In this document: piece after piece, positions 52,189-62,479 of the stretch
Numbering within the stretch: the stretch's first letter is position 1
Layout: each line of letters starts with the position of its first letter
From: a bacterium
GTDB taxonomy: Bacteria > SAR324 > XYD2-FULL-50-16
Assembly: GCA_032250835.1 (NCBI GenBank)
Contig: JAVVEA010000014.1
Span: 1-64,000 of the forward strand
Direction: 5' to 3'
Length of the DNA stretch: 64,000 nt
The notes under the pieces: generated by a model
Seen by the model: the letters and a program-made list of their open reading frames with translations, nothing else
The model's database searches: none
What the model was told of the DNA's origin: nothing
Program-made: the position numbers and the translations under genes

Positions 52189-52787
52189 GGCTGCCGTTCG
52201 CTTGCCGAAAAAAGGGCTTGTTCGGCCGAGGTGGGTTGGGCCAGCTCCGTGACGCCGCTAAAGCGGATCGTTGTTTGGCCGCCTTTGGCTTCGGTGAGTT
52301 GAACCTCAACCAGCCGGTCCTGCGGGTCCAGCCGCACCTGCAATTGGTCTAGCTGGGCGGCCAGACCGGGGTCTTTGGGCCGGGCGGTCAATTGACGTCC
52401 TGTCTTAAGGGGCTTCCATTGTAGCTCAAACCGCTCGGCTAGATCCATCAGCTGGCCACTGAAGAGCGGTAACAAAAGGCCCGCCACCAGGGCTTGACCG
52501 GCCTGGGGCGAGATCAGGGGGCTGCGCTCGCCAGCGTCGAGCTTGAACAATCCTTGCGGATTGATCAACAGGACCTGGGCCAGCGGTTTCTCGGTGGTCC
52601 AGAGGATGCCCTGGCCCTGCCAAAAGACCATCTGGCCTTGGCTACGGAAGGGCCGCTTCAAAAAAGGTTGGCTTCGTTCTTGGGTGAACTGCGCCCGGTA
52701 GCTGGGCAGGGAGGAAGTGGCTTGGGCCACTAGAGGCTGGACCCAAAGGCCCAGTAGCCACAGTAAAGAAAGCATGAGGCAGCGCAT
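52185..52787 (-). CDS. LolA-like carrier protein
   Basis: Signal peptide; AQFTQER...SQG......GILW...P; E..G..T.I.F. Confidence 0.8.
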   Translation of the reverse strand: MRCLMLSLLWLLGLWVQPLVAQATSSLPSYRAQFTQERSQPFLKRPFRSQGQMVFWQGQGILWTTEKPLAQVLLINPQGLFKLDAGERSPLISPQAGQALVAGLLLPLFSGQLMDLAERFELQWKPLKTGRQLTARPKDPGLAAQLDQLQVRLDPQDRLVEVQLTEAKGGQTTIRFSGVTELAQPTSAEQALFSASERQP

Positions 52788-52849
52788 CAGCAGACCCTAA
52801 AGGAATTTCCTCTAAGGTAGCAGCCGTGCCCAAACAAGTAAACTAGGGC

Positions 52850-53272
52850 TTACAGGCTGGCAAAGCCCTGTTGCATTTGCTCGACCAAGTGGCGTAGCTG
52901 TTCGAGCTTTGACTCGGCGACGCGGCCCCGGGTGTGGCGGATCACATAACTACCGGTCTGCATCAATACATGCCAGCGGGGCCGGTTGGGTAAGCTAGAC
53001 AGATTGAGGTATTTATCGAAGGTCCGCAAGCGGCAGGTGCCGGTGGTTTCGATGGTCACCGTCCACAGACCCGATTCGAGGGCTAAGTCGATTTTGTCTT
53101 TGCCCGTACCTTGCTCCCAAAGGTCCAAGGCTTCCCGCAGCAACTCGACACAGAGGCCGCGCATCCATTGGAGGTGGTCTTCGGGGTTCTGCTGTTTCCG
53201 ATTTGGTTCACCGAAGAGTTCGCGCGAAAACGAGGGCTTGCTGAAAGGCACTTGCGGGTGGGTCCTATTCAT
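52850..53272 (-). CDS. Stand-alone ChiS-like DNA-binding domain protein
   Basis: GGAGG RBS before MNRTHP; WEQGTGKDKIDLALESGLW...RTFDKYL...LPNRPRW. Confidence 0.8.
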   Translation of the reverse strand: MNRTHPQVPFSKPSFSRELFGEPNRKQQNPEDHLQWMRGLCVELLREALDLWEQGTGKDKIDLALESGLWTVTIETTGTCRLRTFDKYLNLSSLPNRPRWHVLMQTGSYVIRHTRGRVAESKLEQLRHLVEQMQQGFASL

Positions 53273-53457
53273 GGTTCCTCCGGGGTTGATCATTAGGTTG
53301 CCTAAGAAGATAGTCTCAAAGGAGGGGGGAGACTGTAAGAGGCGGGTTCCGCATTGTTTGTGGGTTTTTTCCCTTCTTTTATAAAAATCCGTCCCTTTCC
53401 TATGACCTATCTACGGCAGTAAGCTCGCTAGTTCTTTTGTTGATCAGTTTATATGGA

Positions 53458-53475
53458 TGTAGGAAAAGACCTACA
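53458..53475. promoter_or_regulatory. 18-bp palindrome resembling a GacA/UvrY-type box
   Basis: TGTAGG-AAAAGA-CCTACA between divergent genes. Confidence 0.55.
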
Positions 53476-53568
53476 GAGAATAGGGGTGAAGGATACCTTG
53501 CAGATCGACTCAACAGGGAAGATAATAAGTGAAGCCAGTGGCTTTGGGTAAATTATACAGGTGAAGAA

Positions 53569-54219
53569 ATGAAAAACGAAAAAATTAAAGTAGCCGTTGC
53601 CGACGACCACCCGGTGATCCGCAAAGGGGTCCAGGCCATCTTGGGGCAGTCGCCGGAGATTGAACTGGTCGCCGAATATGTTGGAGCCGTAGACGTCATG
53701 ACGCACCTCAAGGACCGTCCTTGGGCAGTGTTGGTTTTAGATATCAACCTAAAAGACGGGAACGGCGTGGAGCTGACCCAGCAGATCATTGCCTTGCAGC
53801 CCCAGGCTCGTATCTTGATCCTGAGTATCTATCCCGAAGACCAATACGCCATGCGCGCCTTACGCGCCGGGGCGATGGGGTATCTTAACAAAGACAGCAT
53901 CCCAGATAAACTAGTTGACGCGGTGACGCGGATCGGGCGAGGCAAGCGCTTCATTAGTGAGGCCTTGGCCGATATTTTGGCGCAGCAGGCCTTGGTCGGT
54001 GATAGCTCCGGGGCGCTACACAGCCGCCTTTCGGACCGGGAGTTTCAGGTGCTCTGCCTTTTTGCAGCCGGCAAGGCCAATCAAGAGATCGCATCCCACA
54101 TGCATGTAAGCCCCAAAACGGTCAGCACCTACCGCGCCAGAATTTTAGAGAAGTTGGGGCTAAAAACCACCGCCGATTTGATCGGCTATGCCTTGTTGCA
54201 CAATCTCAACCAGAATTAA
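53569..54219 (+). CDS. NarL/LuxR-family response regulator (UvrY/GacA-like)
   Basis: ADDHPVIR, LDINL, LSDREFQV, SPKTVSTYRARILEKL. Confidence 0.95.
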   Translation: MKNEKIKVAVADDHPVIRKGVQAILGQSPEIELVAEYVGAVDVMTHLKDRPWAVLVLDINLKDGNGVELTQQIIALQPQARILILSIYPEDQYAMRALRAGAMGYLNKDSIPDKLVDAVTRIGRGKRFISEALADILAQQALVGDSSGALHSRLSDREFQVLCLFAAGKANQEIASHMHVSPKTVSTYRARILEKLGLKTTADLIGYALLHNLNQN

Positions 54220-54341
54220 CGGCCTACTTTTTCAGTCAATCCTTGACCGATTAGGGCGCGTTTAGTCTAGACTGCATCGGTAGTCTGGGCCTCTAGGCCC
54301 CAAAACCGGCGCGGGGGCGGAACCGGTGGACCAGGACAAAG

Positions 54342-56279
54342 ATGCCCTTAATTTGGCTGATTCTCATTTTGTGGGCTTCGCCTTTGGCGGCCAGCGAACT
54401 GCCAACTCTAGATCAGGTACCTTTGGGCCCTTATCTAGAGTTGGCCGAAGACGCTGGGGCAGATTGGGACCTCAAGGCCGCTCAAGACGCCTATGTAGCG
54501 GGAGCCTTTAAGCCCAGCACCGGAGCGCAACCTAACTTCGGCTACGGCCCGCAGGCCATCTGGGCCCGCCTGGAATTAGGCAACTCTACCGACCGAGTCC
54601 AGCGCCGTCTGCTGGAATTAGACAACCATTACCTAAACCAATATACCCTTTGGCAGATCAACCCTGAGGGTCTTGTGGAAACCCAACTGGGCGACCATTT
54701 GCCCTTTGCCCAGCGCCCGGTTCTTTACCGCAACTTTTTGGTTCCCCTGGATTTTAAGCCCGGCGAACAAAAGATCCTCTGGGCCCGCATCGCGTCAAAC
54801 AGCCGTCTGCGGATTAGCTTCAACCTCTGGAAGCTACCGCCCTTCGGGGCCCTGTTACAGCGCGAGTACCTAGCCTTTGGGCTCTATTTTGGTCTGATTG
54901 CGGTGATGGTCTGCTACAATCTCTTTCTTTACGGCGCGGTGGGCGACCGGGCTTACCTGTGGTACAGTGCTTATATCGCCAGCTTTGGGTTGGCATCGGC
55001 GGGTATTTCGGGGTTGTCTTATCAGTACCTATGGCCACAGAGCCTCTGGTGGAATGAACGGGCCATCTTTGTGGCCATGGAAGCGACGGAATTATGTCTG
55101 GTCTTGTTTACCCGCCGCTTTCTGTTTACCGCCCAGGACTTACCCCGTTGGGACCGGGTATTGTTGGCCTATGCGGTCTTCAATGGCTTGAGTGCCCTGT
55201 TGCCACTGTTGCCGTCAGACTACTGGTCCCCCACCTTCTTTTTGATCACCTGCTTCCCTAGCAGCCTGCTCTGCATTGCTACGGCGGTCTATCGGTACCG
55301 TCGTGGATACCGCCCGGCCCGTTATTTCCTGCTGGCCTTTGTGTTGTTTTTTAGTGGTGTTTTGTTGTTTATCAGTGGTTCGTTGGGTCTGTTCGACGAC
55401 GGTCCGCTGGTGCGTGGATTTATCTATATTGGCTCCGCTTTAGAGGTGGTGCTGTTGGCCTTCTCATTGGCTGACCGGATCAACCTGCTACGCCAGGAAA
55501 AGGACTTAGCCCAAGGTGAAGTGGTGGCGTTGATGGAGCGGCAAACCGAGGAGCTCGAAACCTTGGTGGCCGAACGAACCCAAGACTTAGCCGACAGCAA
55601 CCGACAGCTGCAGCGGCTAGATGAAGAAAAAAGTCAGTTCTTGAGCATTGCCGCCCACGACCTAAAGACCCCTTTGGTGGGCGTAAACAGCTTCGCTGCG
55701 TTATTGCAGACTCAACTGCCCCCAGAGATGGCCGAATGCCGCGAATATGTGGATTATATCCGCCGCAGCTCGGCCGAGATGGGCGCACTGATCAGCAGTT
55801 TGCTCGACTTGGCCCGCATCGAGGATCAGGTCCAAAGGGAACCCGGGTTTGTAGCGGTAGCCATAGAGCATCAGGTAGCCGCGGCGGTAGAGCGGATCAA
55901 GCCCCAATGCCAGTTGGCCGGGGTGGGGATCGAGGTGGTTGGTTTGGTGCCAGAACAGACTTGGTACGGGCGGCCCGAATGGGTGGGTGAGGTGTTGGGT
56001 AATCTGCTCTCCAATGGGCTGAAGTTCGCGCCCCTGGGGAGCCAACTGAAAATCACGGTCCAATCCAAGGGGCCCATGTTGCGTTTGGCGGTTATCGACC
56101 AGGGCCCCGGAGTGCCGCCCGAGAAGGTAGCACATCTGTTTGAGCGCTTTTCCACTCCCGGCGGGGGACTGGGCTTGTATATCGTTAAATTGCTGGCTCA
56201 GCGGATGGACGCCGAAGTGGGCTACGAGGCGGTCCCACAAGGGGGAGCTTGTTTTTGGGTCCAGTGGCAAGCCTGCTGA
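54342..56279 (+). CDS. 7TM-DISM (DISMED2 + 7TM) sensor histidine kinase
   Basis: NFGY....W.R, GDHLPFAQRP, YNLFLY, LLAFSLADRI, AAHDLKTPL. Confidence 0.9.
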   Translation: MPLIWLILILWASPLAASELPTLDQVPLGPYLELAEDAGADWDLKAAQDAYVAGAFKPSTGAQPNFGYGPQAIWARLELGNSTDRVQRRLLELDNHYLNQYTLWQINPEGLVETQLGDHLPFAQRPVLYRNFLVPLDFKPGEQKILWARIASNSRLRISFNLWKLPPFGALLQREYLAFGLYFGLIAVMVCYNLFLYGAVGDRAYLWYSAYIASFGLASAGISGLSYQYLWPQSLWWNERAIFVAMEATELCLVLFTRRFLFTAQDLPRWDRVLLAYAVFNGLSALLPLLPSDYWSPTFFLITCFPSSLLCIATAVYRYRRGYRPARYFLLAFVLFFSGVLLFISGSLGLFDDGPLVRGFIYIGSALEVVLLAFSLADRINLLRQEKDLAQGEVVALMERQTEELETLVAERTQDLADSNRQLQRLDEEKSQFLSIAAHDLKTPLVGVNSFAALLQTQLPPEMAECREYVDYIRRSSAEMGALISSLLDLARIEDQVQREPGFVAVAIEHQVAAAVERIKPQCQLAGVGIEVVGLVPEQTWYGRPEWVGEVLGNLLSNGLKFAPLGSQLKITVQSKGPMLRLAVIDQGPGVPPEKVAHLFERFSTPGGGLGLYIVKLLAQRMDAEVGYEAVPQGGACFWVQWQAC

Positions 56280-56380
56280 ATTGGACTTTTACTGGTTCTT
56301 TACCTAAGATGAAGCTAGGCCACGCGGACATGCCCCCTTTTCGTTCCCAAGTTGTGGTGAATTTTAGTCCCGTCCCCCCA

Positions 56381-58087
56381 ATGCAAACAGGTTTCAGTCC
56401 AAGGGAAAATAGCCTGCTCGAACGAGTGCGTCAGCGCCTGAGCGGTATCTACGGCATCGAAGACACCTATCAGGTGGTCATGCCACGCTTGCTCCAATTG
56501 CTGCGCCTTTACCGCCAAGCGACGCCCGAGGCGCACAAGGAGCGCTGGGACCAGCATGACTGCTTCCTGATCACCTACGGCGACAGCCTCCACCAGCCCG
56601 ATCAGGCTCCGCTAGCTAGCCTGCAACAGTTTTTGGGCCGCCATCTCAAAGCGGTGATCAGCACCATACACATCCTGCCCTTCTTCCCCTATAGCTCCGA
56701 CGATGGCTTTTCGGTGATCGATTACCGCTTGGTCAAGCCCGACCTGGGCGAGTGGGACGACATTGCCCAAATTGGGAAGGATTTTGATTTGATGATGGAC
56801 TTGGTACTAAACCATATCTCGCGCAAAAGCCTTTGGTTTCATGACTTTAAGTCAGGTCTGGAGCCCTACAATAATTATTTTATTGAAGTCTCGCCCGACG
56901 AGGACCTAAGCCAAGTGGTCCGCCCCCGGCCCCATCCCTTGCTAGTGGAAGTTTTGACCCATCAGGAGGTCAAACACCTCTGGGCGACCTTCTCGGTGGA
57001 CCAGATCGACCTGAACTATAAATGCCCCCAGGTCTTTTTGGAATTTGTGGATATTTTGATGCGTTATTATGCTATGGGGGCCCGGGTTGTCCGCCTGGAT
57101 GCAGTGGCTTTTTTGTGGAAGGAATTGGGCACGCCCTGTATCCACCTCCCCCAAACCCATGAGTTGATCAAAGCCTTCCGCGACCTCTTCGAGTTGATCG
57201 ACCCCGAAGGGTTGATCTTGACCGAAACCAACGTACCGCACGAAGAGAATGTCTCTTACTTCGGTCAAGGCGACGAAGCCCATTTGGTCTATCAATTTGC
57301 GCTCCCCCCATTGCTGCTGCACGCCTTTTGGAGCGGCAAGGGGCAATATTTAAGCTCCTGGGCCAAAGACCTCAAGGCACCGCCCGAGGGCTGTAGCTTC
57401 ATGAACTTTACGGCCTCACATGACGGCATCGGTCTGCGCGGTGCTGAAGGGATCTTGCCACTTGAAGAGCGTGACTTGCTTTTGGCGGCCATGCGCTCTA
57501 GAGGTGGTTTTGTCAGTATGCGCTCCGTAGGTGAAGCCATGGAGCCCTATGAGATCAATATTGCCTATTACAGCGCCTTGGCCGAAGACCACGAGGGGCA
57601 CCCTGAGTTACAAAGGGAAAGATTCATGGCCAGCCAAGCGGCGATGTTGTCTTTTAAAGGTATCCCGGCGATTTATTTCAACAGTATGGTGGCCACTGAA
57701 AACGACATGTTGGGTGTGGAACTGACCGGGCGGACGCGGTCGATTAACCGCAAGAAGTGGCTCCTACCGGAGCTTGAGTCCCTGCTAGCGGACCCCCAAA
57801 GCCCCCAGGCCCAGGTGTTTGAAGGGCTCAAGCGGTTGCTGGCGGTACGCAAACAGCAACCGGCTTTCCATCCCGACGGCGAACAGGAGGTCTGGGACTT
57901 GGGCTCTTCTTTCTTGGCTTTGCTGCGCCGGGCCCCCCAAAGCGATCAGGTATTGTTGGCCTTGATCAACCTAACCCCACATCCTCAGGCTTGGCCCGAG
58001 TTCTCCGGGGAGTGGGATGACCTGTTGGGCTCAGCGCCGGGCGCGGCGCTTAAGCCCTATCAGGTCTGTTGGTTGGTGCGGCGTTAG
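56381..58087 (+). CDS. GH13_18 sugar phosphorylase, probably glucosylglycerate phosphorylase
   Basis: Reads on the + strand (the track label is wrong). ITYGD, HILPFFPYSSDDGF, RLDAVAF, TETN, SHDGIG, PYEIN; start uncertain. Confidence 0.88.
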   Translation: MQTGFSPRENSLLERVRQRLSGIYGIEDTYQVVMPRLLQLLRLYRQATPEAHKERWDQHDCFLITYGDSLHQPDQAPLASLQQFLGRHLKAVISTIHILPFFPYSSDDGFSVIDYRLVKPDLGEWDDIAQIGKDFDLMMDLVLNHISRKSLWFHDFKSGLEPYNNYFIEVSPDEDLSQVVRPRPHPLLVEVLTHQEVKHLWATFSVDQIDLNYKCPQVFLEFVDILMRYYAMGARVVRLDAVAFLWKELGTPCIHLPQTHELIKAFRDLFELIDPEGLILTETNVPHEENVSYFGQGDEAHLVYQFALPPLLLHAFWSGKGQYLSSWAKDLKAPPEGCSFMNFTASHDGIGLRGAEGILPLEERDLLLAAMRSRGGFVSMRSVGEAMEPYEINIAYYSALAEDHEGHPELQRERFMASQAAMLSFKGIPAIYFNSMVATENDMLGVELTGRTRSINRKKWLLPELESLLADPQSPQAQVFEGLKRLLAVRKQQPAFHPDGEQEVWDLGSSFLALLRRAPQSDQVLLALINLTPHPQAWPEFSGEWDDLLGSAPGAALKPYQVCWLVRR

Positions 58088-59304
58088 GCATTGTCCCGCT
58101 CTACGGCTAGTACTAGCTTAGAACCAATCTCCGGTGCCGCCGAAAAGACCCGGTTCCAGCTGGGCATGAAGGGGAGCTCATGTTGGGTGTTCGGGGGATC
58201 GAAAAACTGGCTCGCCGCCACGCTTAGGTTGTGGGCGAAGAGTTCCACCATCTTCTCTTCCTGGTGCCGGTCCAGTTGCAGACCGTTTAGTGCGGCATCG
58301 TTGGCATAGAGTTCCACGAAATCCAGGGCGATGCGCAGGTAGGTGGCGCGGATGGTGCGGAAGGTTTCGGTGGTGAAGACCTCGCCGAAGGTGGCCAGCT
58401 TGCGGAAGATCGCCGCAGAGATGTCGATGCTCATTTTGTTGAGCCCTTTACTCCGGTCCTCGGGATTAACGGTCTGGTGTTTGTGTTCGTAAGAATCAGC
58501 AATATCCACTTGGCAGATGCGGCCATAAGAATAGCTGCGTTGCACCTCGCTTAAAATCCCAATTTCTAAGCCCCAGTCGCTAGGGATGCGGATGTCTTTG
58601 ACCACGTCCGAGTGCATGGCGAATTCCCCGGCAAGAGCGTAACGGAAGCTGTCGAGGTATTCTAAAAACTCGTGGTGGCCAAAAACCTTCTGCAAGGCAC
58701 GGATCAAAGGAGTGACCAGCAACCGGCAGACCCGTCCGTTGAGCTTGCCGCTGTGGGCGCGGTAATAATAACCCTTGGCGAATTTGTAGTTAAAGTTGGG
58801 GTGGACGATAGGGTAGACCAGCCGGGCTAAGAGGCTACGGTTGTAGTCCACAATGTCGCAGTCGTGCAGCGCGATGGCTTTGGCGCGGCCCTGGGCCAGT
58901 AGGTAGCCATAACAACCCCAGACATTGCGGCCCTTTCCCGGTTCACGCGGAGACAACTGTAACTCGGCCAACTCGCCCCAGACCTCCTGAAGGCGCGGGC
59001 CGTCGTTCCATAAGATGCTGTGTGGTTGGTTTAGCTTGGCGAAAAACTCCCGGGCAAATTCATATTGCCGTTCGTCGGCCTGATCTAAGCCGATCACGAT
59101 TTCATCTAGATATTGGACCTTGGATAGTTCCTCAATAATCCTCGGCAGGGCGTCGCCTTCAAGCTCGCTAAAGAGGCTGGGCAGCAACAGGCCAATGGGG
59201 CGCTTTTTTCGGTAGCGCATCAAGTCGGCTTCGAGGTCTTCGGTGGGCCGCTGGCTGAGGTTGTGCATGGTGGCGATCACGCCATTTTGGAAAAAATCAC
59301 CCAT
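58084..59304 (-). CDS. Glucosyl-3-phosphoglycerate synthase-like glycosyltransferase
   Basis: MGDFFQNG, PGKGRNVW, HDCD, GRVCRL, YALAGEF, DWGLEIG, YEHKHQ. Confidence 0.82.
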   Translation of the reverse strand: MGDFFQNGVIATMHNLSQRPTEDLEADLMRYRKKRPIGLLLPSLFSELEGDALPRIIEELSKVQYLDEIVIGLDQADERQYEFAREFFAKLNQPHSILWNDGPRLQEVWGELAELQLSPREPGKGRNVWGCYGYLLAQGRAKAIALHDCDIVDYNRSLLARLVYPIVHPNFNYKFAKGYYYRAHSGKLNGRVCRLLVTPLIRALQKVFGHHEFLEYLDSFRYALAGEFAMHSDVVKDIRIPSDWGLEIGILSEVQRSYSYGRICQVDIADSYEHKHQTVNPEDRSKGLNKMSIDISAAIFRKLATFGEVFTTETFRTIRATYLRIALDFVELYANDAALNGLQLDRHQEEKMVELFAHNLSVAASQFFDPPNTQHELPFMPSWNRVFSAAPEIGSKLVLAVERDNA

Positions 59305-59319
59305 AAAGGCTCTCCTTTT

Positions 59320-60105
59320 TTAAAATCCAAAGTATTGTTGCATTGCCTGACACCACCCCGTTGGCCCCGCCCCTTCGGGGCGCAAAACCTGCCCGGAATG
59401 GTGCAATTTTAAGGGGGCATTTTCCTGGGCACTTAAAACCACCGCCACGTTGGCCGCTTCGAGCATGCCAATATCATTGGGGCTGTCGCCCAAGGCGATG
59501 GTGACCGGTTTTTGGTCCCACATCTTTTGGTATCTACCGCTTAAAGAAATCAGGGCTCCGGCTTTATCGGTGGGGCCCATTAGGTGCCAAAACCGCCCGC
59601 CCCGGACCAGCTTGTAGCCCGCCACTTGGGCTGCATGGGCCAATTCTTTGGCCGCCTCGGGGCGGTCTTGCCATAACAAAGGCTCGCTAAATTCACGCTC
59701 TTTGGCCTGTTGGGCTCGCTCGAGCGGAAGCCCGGTGGATTGGGCGACTTCTTCGGCAGACATACGGTCAAAACCCACAAATTTGTATTGGTCATAATAA
59801 GGAGCAATGAAATCCAACAATTCCGCCCTAGTGGCCCCTAAGGTTTCGGCTCGCAAGGGACCTCGGCGGCCCTCGAAATAGCCTTCGGGGAGGTAGATGC
59901 CCCCGCCGTTTTCGCTAACAAAGGGGTGTTGTAGGTCCAATTCTTGTTGCAGGTCCTTCATTTCCGAAGCCGTCTTGCTGCTCACCAGCACCACCGGGAT
60001 CGATTGGCTAGCGAGCCAATCTAAGGCGGGACGGGCGGCTTGGTAAGAATAGCTATGGTGGTCTAAGAGGGTCCCGTCTAAATCGGTGAAGATCAGGTGG
60101 TTCAT
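59320..60105 (-). CDS. HAD-IIB mannosyl/glucosyl-3-phosphoglycerate phosphatase
   Basis: FTDLDGTLLD, SSKT, ENGG, GGRFWH, LGDSPND. Confidence 0.9.
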   Translation of the reverse strand: MNHLIFTDLDGTLLDHHSYSYQAARPALDWLASQSIPVVLVSSKTASEMKDLQQELDLQHPFVSENGGGIYLPEGYFEGRRGPLRAETLGATRAELLDFIAPYYDQYKFVGFDRMSAEEVAQSTGLPLERAQQAKEREFSEPLLWQDRPEAAKELAHAAQVAGYKLVRGGRFWHLMGPTDKAGALISLSGRYQKMWDQKPVTIALGDSPNDIGMLEAANVAVVLSAQENAPLKLHHSGQVLRPEGAGPTGWCQAMQQYFGF

Positions 60106-60974
60106 TTAGACCCCCATTGGGGCAAGCCCGGCATGTGGTCTGCGGTGACCGGAACCACCACGTCGGCTACCTGAGGCAGGTCTGTTAACATCCACTGGGT
60201 CAGGCGCTGGTAATGGGCGATAAATCGTTCAAGCTGGGCATCGTCCATCCCTCGCTTGCCTGTGTTGGTCTCCATACGACGCTCCTGATGGGTTCGCCAG
60301 GCCTTGACCTGAGTGAAACTGTCGGGCTTAAGTAAGATCAAGCCGTCTAGTTGAGAAAACAACTGGGCGTAGACGCCTTTTAGTTGCTGATTGGCCCAGG
60401 CTCGCCAGATCCCCTCGGGGTCTTCTTGGGCTTCTAGCTGATTGACTGGCTGGCTAAGGTCCGCTTCGGGCTGGGGACGAGCCCCGACGCACCAACCCTC
60501 AAGGATCAACAAATCTAAATCCGGCCCCACTTCGGGCCAAAAGCGTCCCTCGGCGCGGTCATCGGCGAGTTTGTCAAAGCGAGGCAACCGGACGGCACCA
60601 CCGCGGCGCAGGGCCAAGATCAGTTGGACCCCTAAGGCTAGGTCATGGGTTCCGGGCACGCCCCTGGTGGCAAAAAGCGGGTGGTGCGTTTCGGCCAGCA
60701 ACTGGCGTTCCGCCTTGGTTTTGTAGAGGTCGTCTATGCTGAGGCAGGCTGCCTTTTTGCCGCGAAGTTCTTCGGCGAGCAGGCGCAGGATTTCGGCGGT
60801 GGTGCTTTTACCGGTGCCTTGGGCTCCGTTGATCCCCAGCAGGATGGGGCGCTTTGGGCCTAGCCCCAAGGCCCAGTCCAATAAGGGGAGGTATAGTTGG
60901 TCGGTCAGTTGGGCCAGCTCGGCGGGCAGTTGTTCTCTTTGCAAATGGTCGGCGAGCAGCCTTTGGGCATTCAT
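60102..60974 (-). CDS. D-glycerate 3-kinase-like P-loop kinase
   Basis: GAQGTGKST, SIDDLY, TRGVPGTHD, PRFDK..DDR, LEGWCVG. Confidence 0.85.
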   Translation of the reverse strand: MNAQRLLADHLQREQLPAELAQLTDQLYLPLLDWALGLGPKRPILLGINGAQGTGKSTTAEILRLLAEELRGKKAACLSIDDLYKTKAERQLLAETHHPLFATRGVPGTHDLALGVQLILALRRGGAVRLPRFDKLADDRAEGRFWPEVGPDLDLLILEGWCVGARPQPEADLSQPVNQLEAQEDPEGIWRAWANQQLKGVYAQLFSQLDGLILLKPDSFTQVKAWRTHQERRMETNTGKRGMDDAQLERFIAHYQRLTQWMLTDLPQVADVVVPVTADHMPGLPQWGSK

Positions 60975-61199
60975 GTCAAAGGGGGGAAAAAGTTCTTTGC
61001 TCCAACATACCCCAACCAAGTTCTTTTGTCACCCAAGGCAAAATTAAGAGAATGGCTCATGACTTTGTGGTGGGCGGTCCCTTGGCGGAAAGGGCCCATT
61101 CTTTTTTCAGGTTGCGATAAATATTTGAATAGGCATATATTCGAAGCAATTCTGTCCCCAGGCCTCGCCTGAGTAGCAACCTGTAGCCCCCAATTATCT

Positions 61200-62390
61200 A
61201 TGGCCGCTTCGATCTTTTCCGCCGAATACGAGCGGATCTTTAAAAAAACCTGGCCGCCGATCACCGGAGCGGTGCTGTTGGCGGTTGCCAGCATTTATAT
61301 GTATATGTTTATGCGCCCCTGGGGCGTTTATGACGGGATCGTGAACTGGGGGGACAATGTATTTGCTGCCTTGGGCTTAATCGAGGGGCCGATCACGCCG
61401 CCCATGCAATTTTCCACTAGCATCAGCTGCATCGGGCTTTTCGCCGGGGCGGTGGTCGCCGCGTTGCTGGCCTCTAAGGGCGGTATCCATCTGGTACGGC
61501 CTCGCGATTATGCCTTCGGCATCGTTGGCGGGGCCTTGATGGGCTTTGGCGGTACGCTGGCGCGCGGTTGCAACGTGGGCGGCTTTTACACCTCATTCGC
61601 CGCCTTTTCGGCCGCTGCACCCTTGATGATGATCGGCCTCTTCGCCGGGGCTTATTTAGGCACCCATTTTTACCTCTTTGACCTAGGCAACCACCCGCGC
61701 CCACCTGCCGGTTACTCTAGTAAATCCTTTTTCGCTGGGGCGACTTCAAAGAAGATCCAGCCGCTTTTAGGCTTAGGCCTGTTGGTAGCTCTGCTGTTTT
61801 GGGCGCTTAGCGACGACTTTGACGTAAGTTATGAGGGCATTTCGGCCAAGCGGGGCTTGTTTTTTCTGATTGCGGCCTTCATGGGCTTTGTGATGCACCG
61901 CAGCCATTTTTGCTTTGCCCGCGCCTTCCGTGAGCCCTTCATGAGCGGTGACGGAAAGATGAGCCGCGCGGTGGCGGTATCGCTGTTGCTGGTCTTTATG
62001 GGCGGTTTGATGATCAAAGGGACGGACCTCGAAGACCTTCGCTACGCCAGCTTCTTTGTGAACCCTTCGGTCTGGGCGGGCAGCTTGGTTGGGGGCCTGA
62101 TCTTTGGTTTTGGGATGGTGGTTGCCGGGGGCTGCGCCTCGGGCAGTATCTGGCGTGCTGCCGAAGGGCAGATTCGCTTAATTCTGGCGCTGGTCGCCTT
62201 TGCCTTGGTTTCGGCGGCGACCCAGCGCTGGCTTGCCGCAGAAGACCTGATGGGGCTGTTGGGAAAGGCGGTCTTCATTCCCGACCTGATGGGTTGGGGC
62301 TTAGGGATCGCGCTGTTCTTGGCCATCCCAGTGGTTTGGTACTTTCTGACGTTATACAACGAAAAGCACAATACCTTTGTGATCGACTGA
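61200..62390 (+). CDS. YeeE/YedE-family sulfur (thiosulfate) transporter
   Basis: Multi-TM; LARGCNVG, HFCF, GGCASG. Confidence 0.9.
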   Translation: MAASIFSAEYERIFKKTWPPITGAVLLAVASIYMYMFMRPWGVYDGIVNWGDNVFAALGLIEGPITPPMQFSTSISCIGLFAGAVVAALLASKGGIHLVRPRDYAFGIVGGALMGFGGTLARGCNVGGFYTSFAAFSAAAPLMMIGLFAGAYLGTHFYLFDLGNHPRPPAGYSSKSFFAGATSKKIQPLLGLGLLVALLFWALSDDFDVSYEGISAKRGLFFLIAAFMGFVMHRSHFCFARAFREPFMSGDGKMSRAVAVSLLLVFMGGLMIKGTDLEDLRYASFFVNPSVWAGSLVGGLIFGFGMVVAGGCASGSIWRAAEGQIRLILALVAFALVSAATQRWLAAEDLMGLLGKAVFIPDLMGWGLGIALFLAIPVVWYFLTLYNEKHNTFVID

Positions 62391-62414
62391 TCCCAATCGA
62401 TTGGGCCCCAATAA

Positions 62415-62451
62415 AAAAGCCCTCCCCCCGCATTGCGGGAGGAGGGCTTTT
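62415..62451. terminator. Bidirectional Rho-independent terminator
   Basis: AAAAGCCCTCC..CCGC-ATT-GCGG..GGAGGGCTTTT between convergent genes. Confidence 0.88.
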
Positions 62452-62479
62452 CTGTTGGTATCCTGCTACCGAGTCTAGG

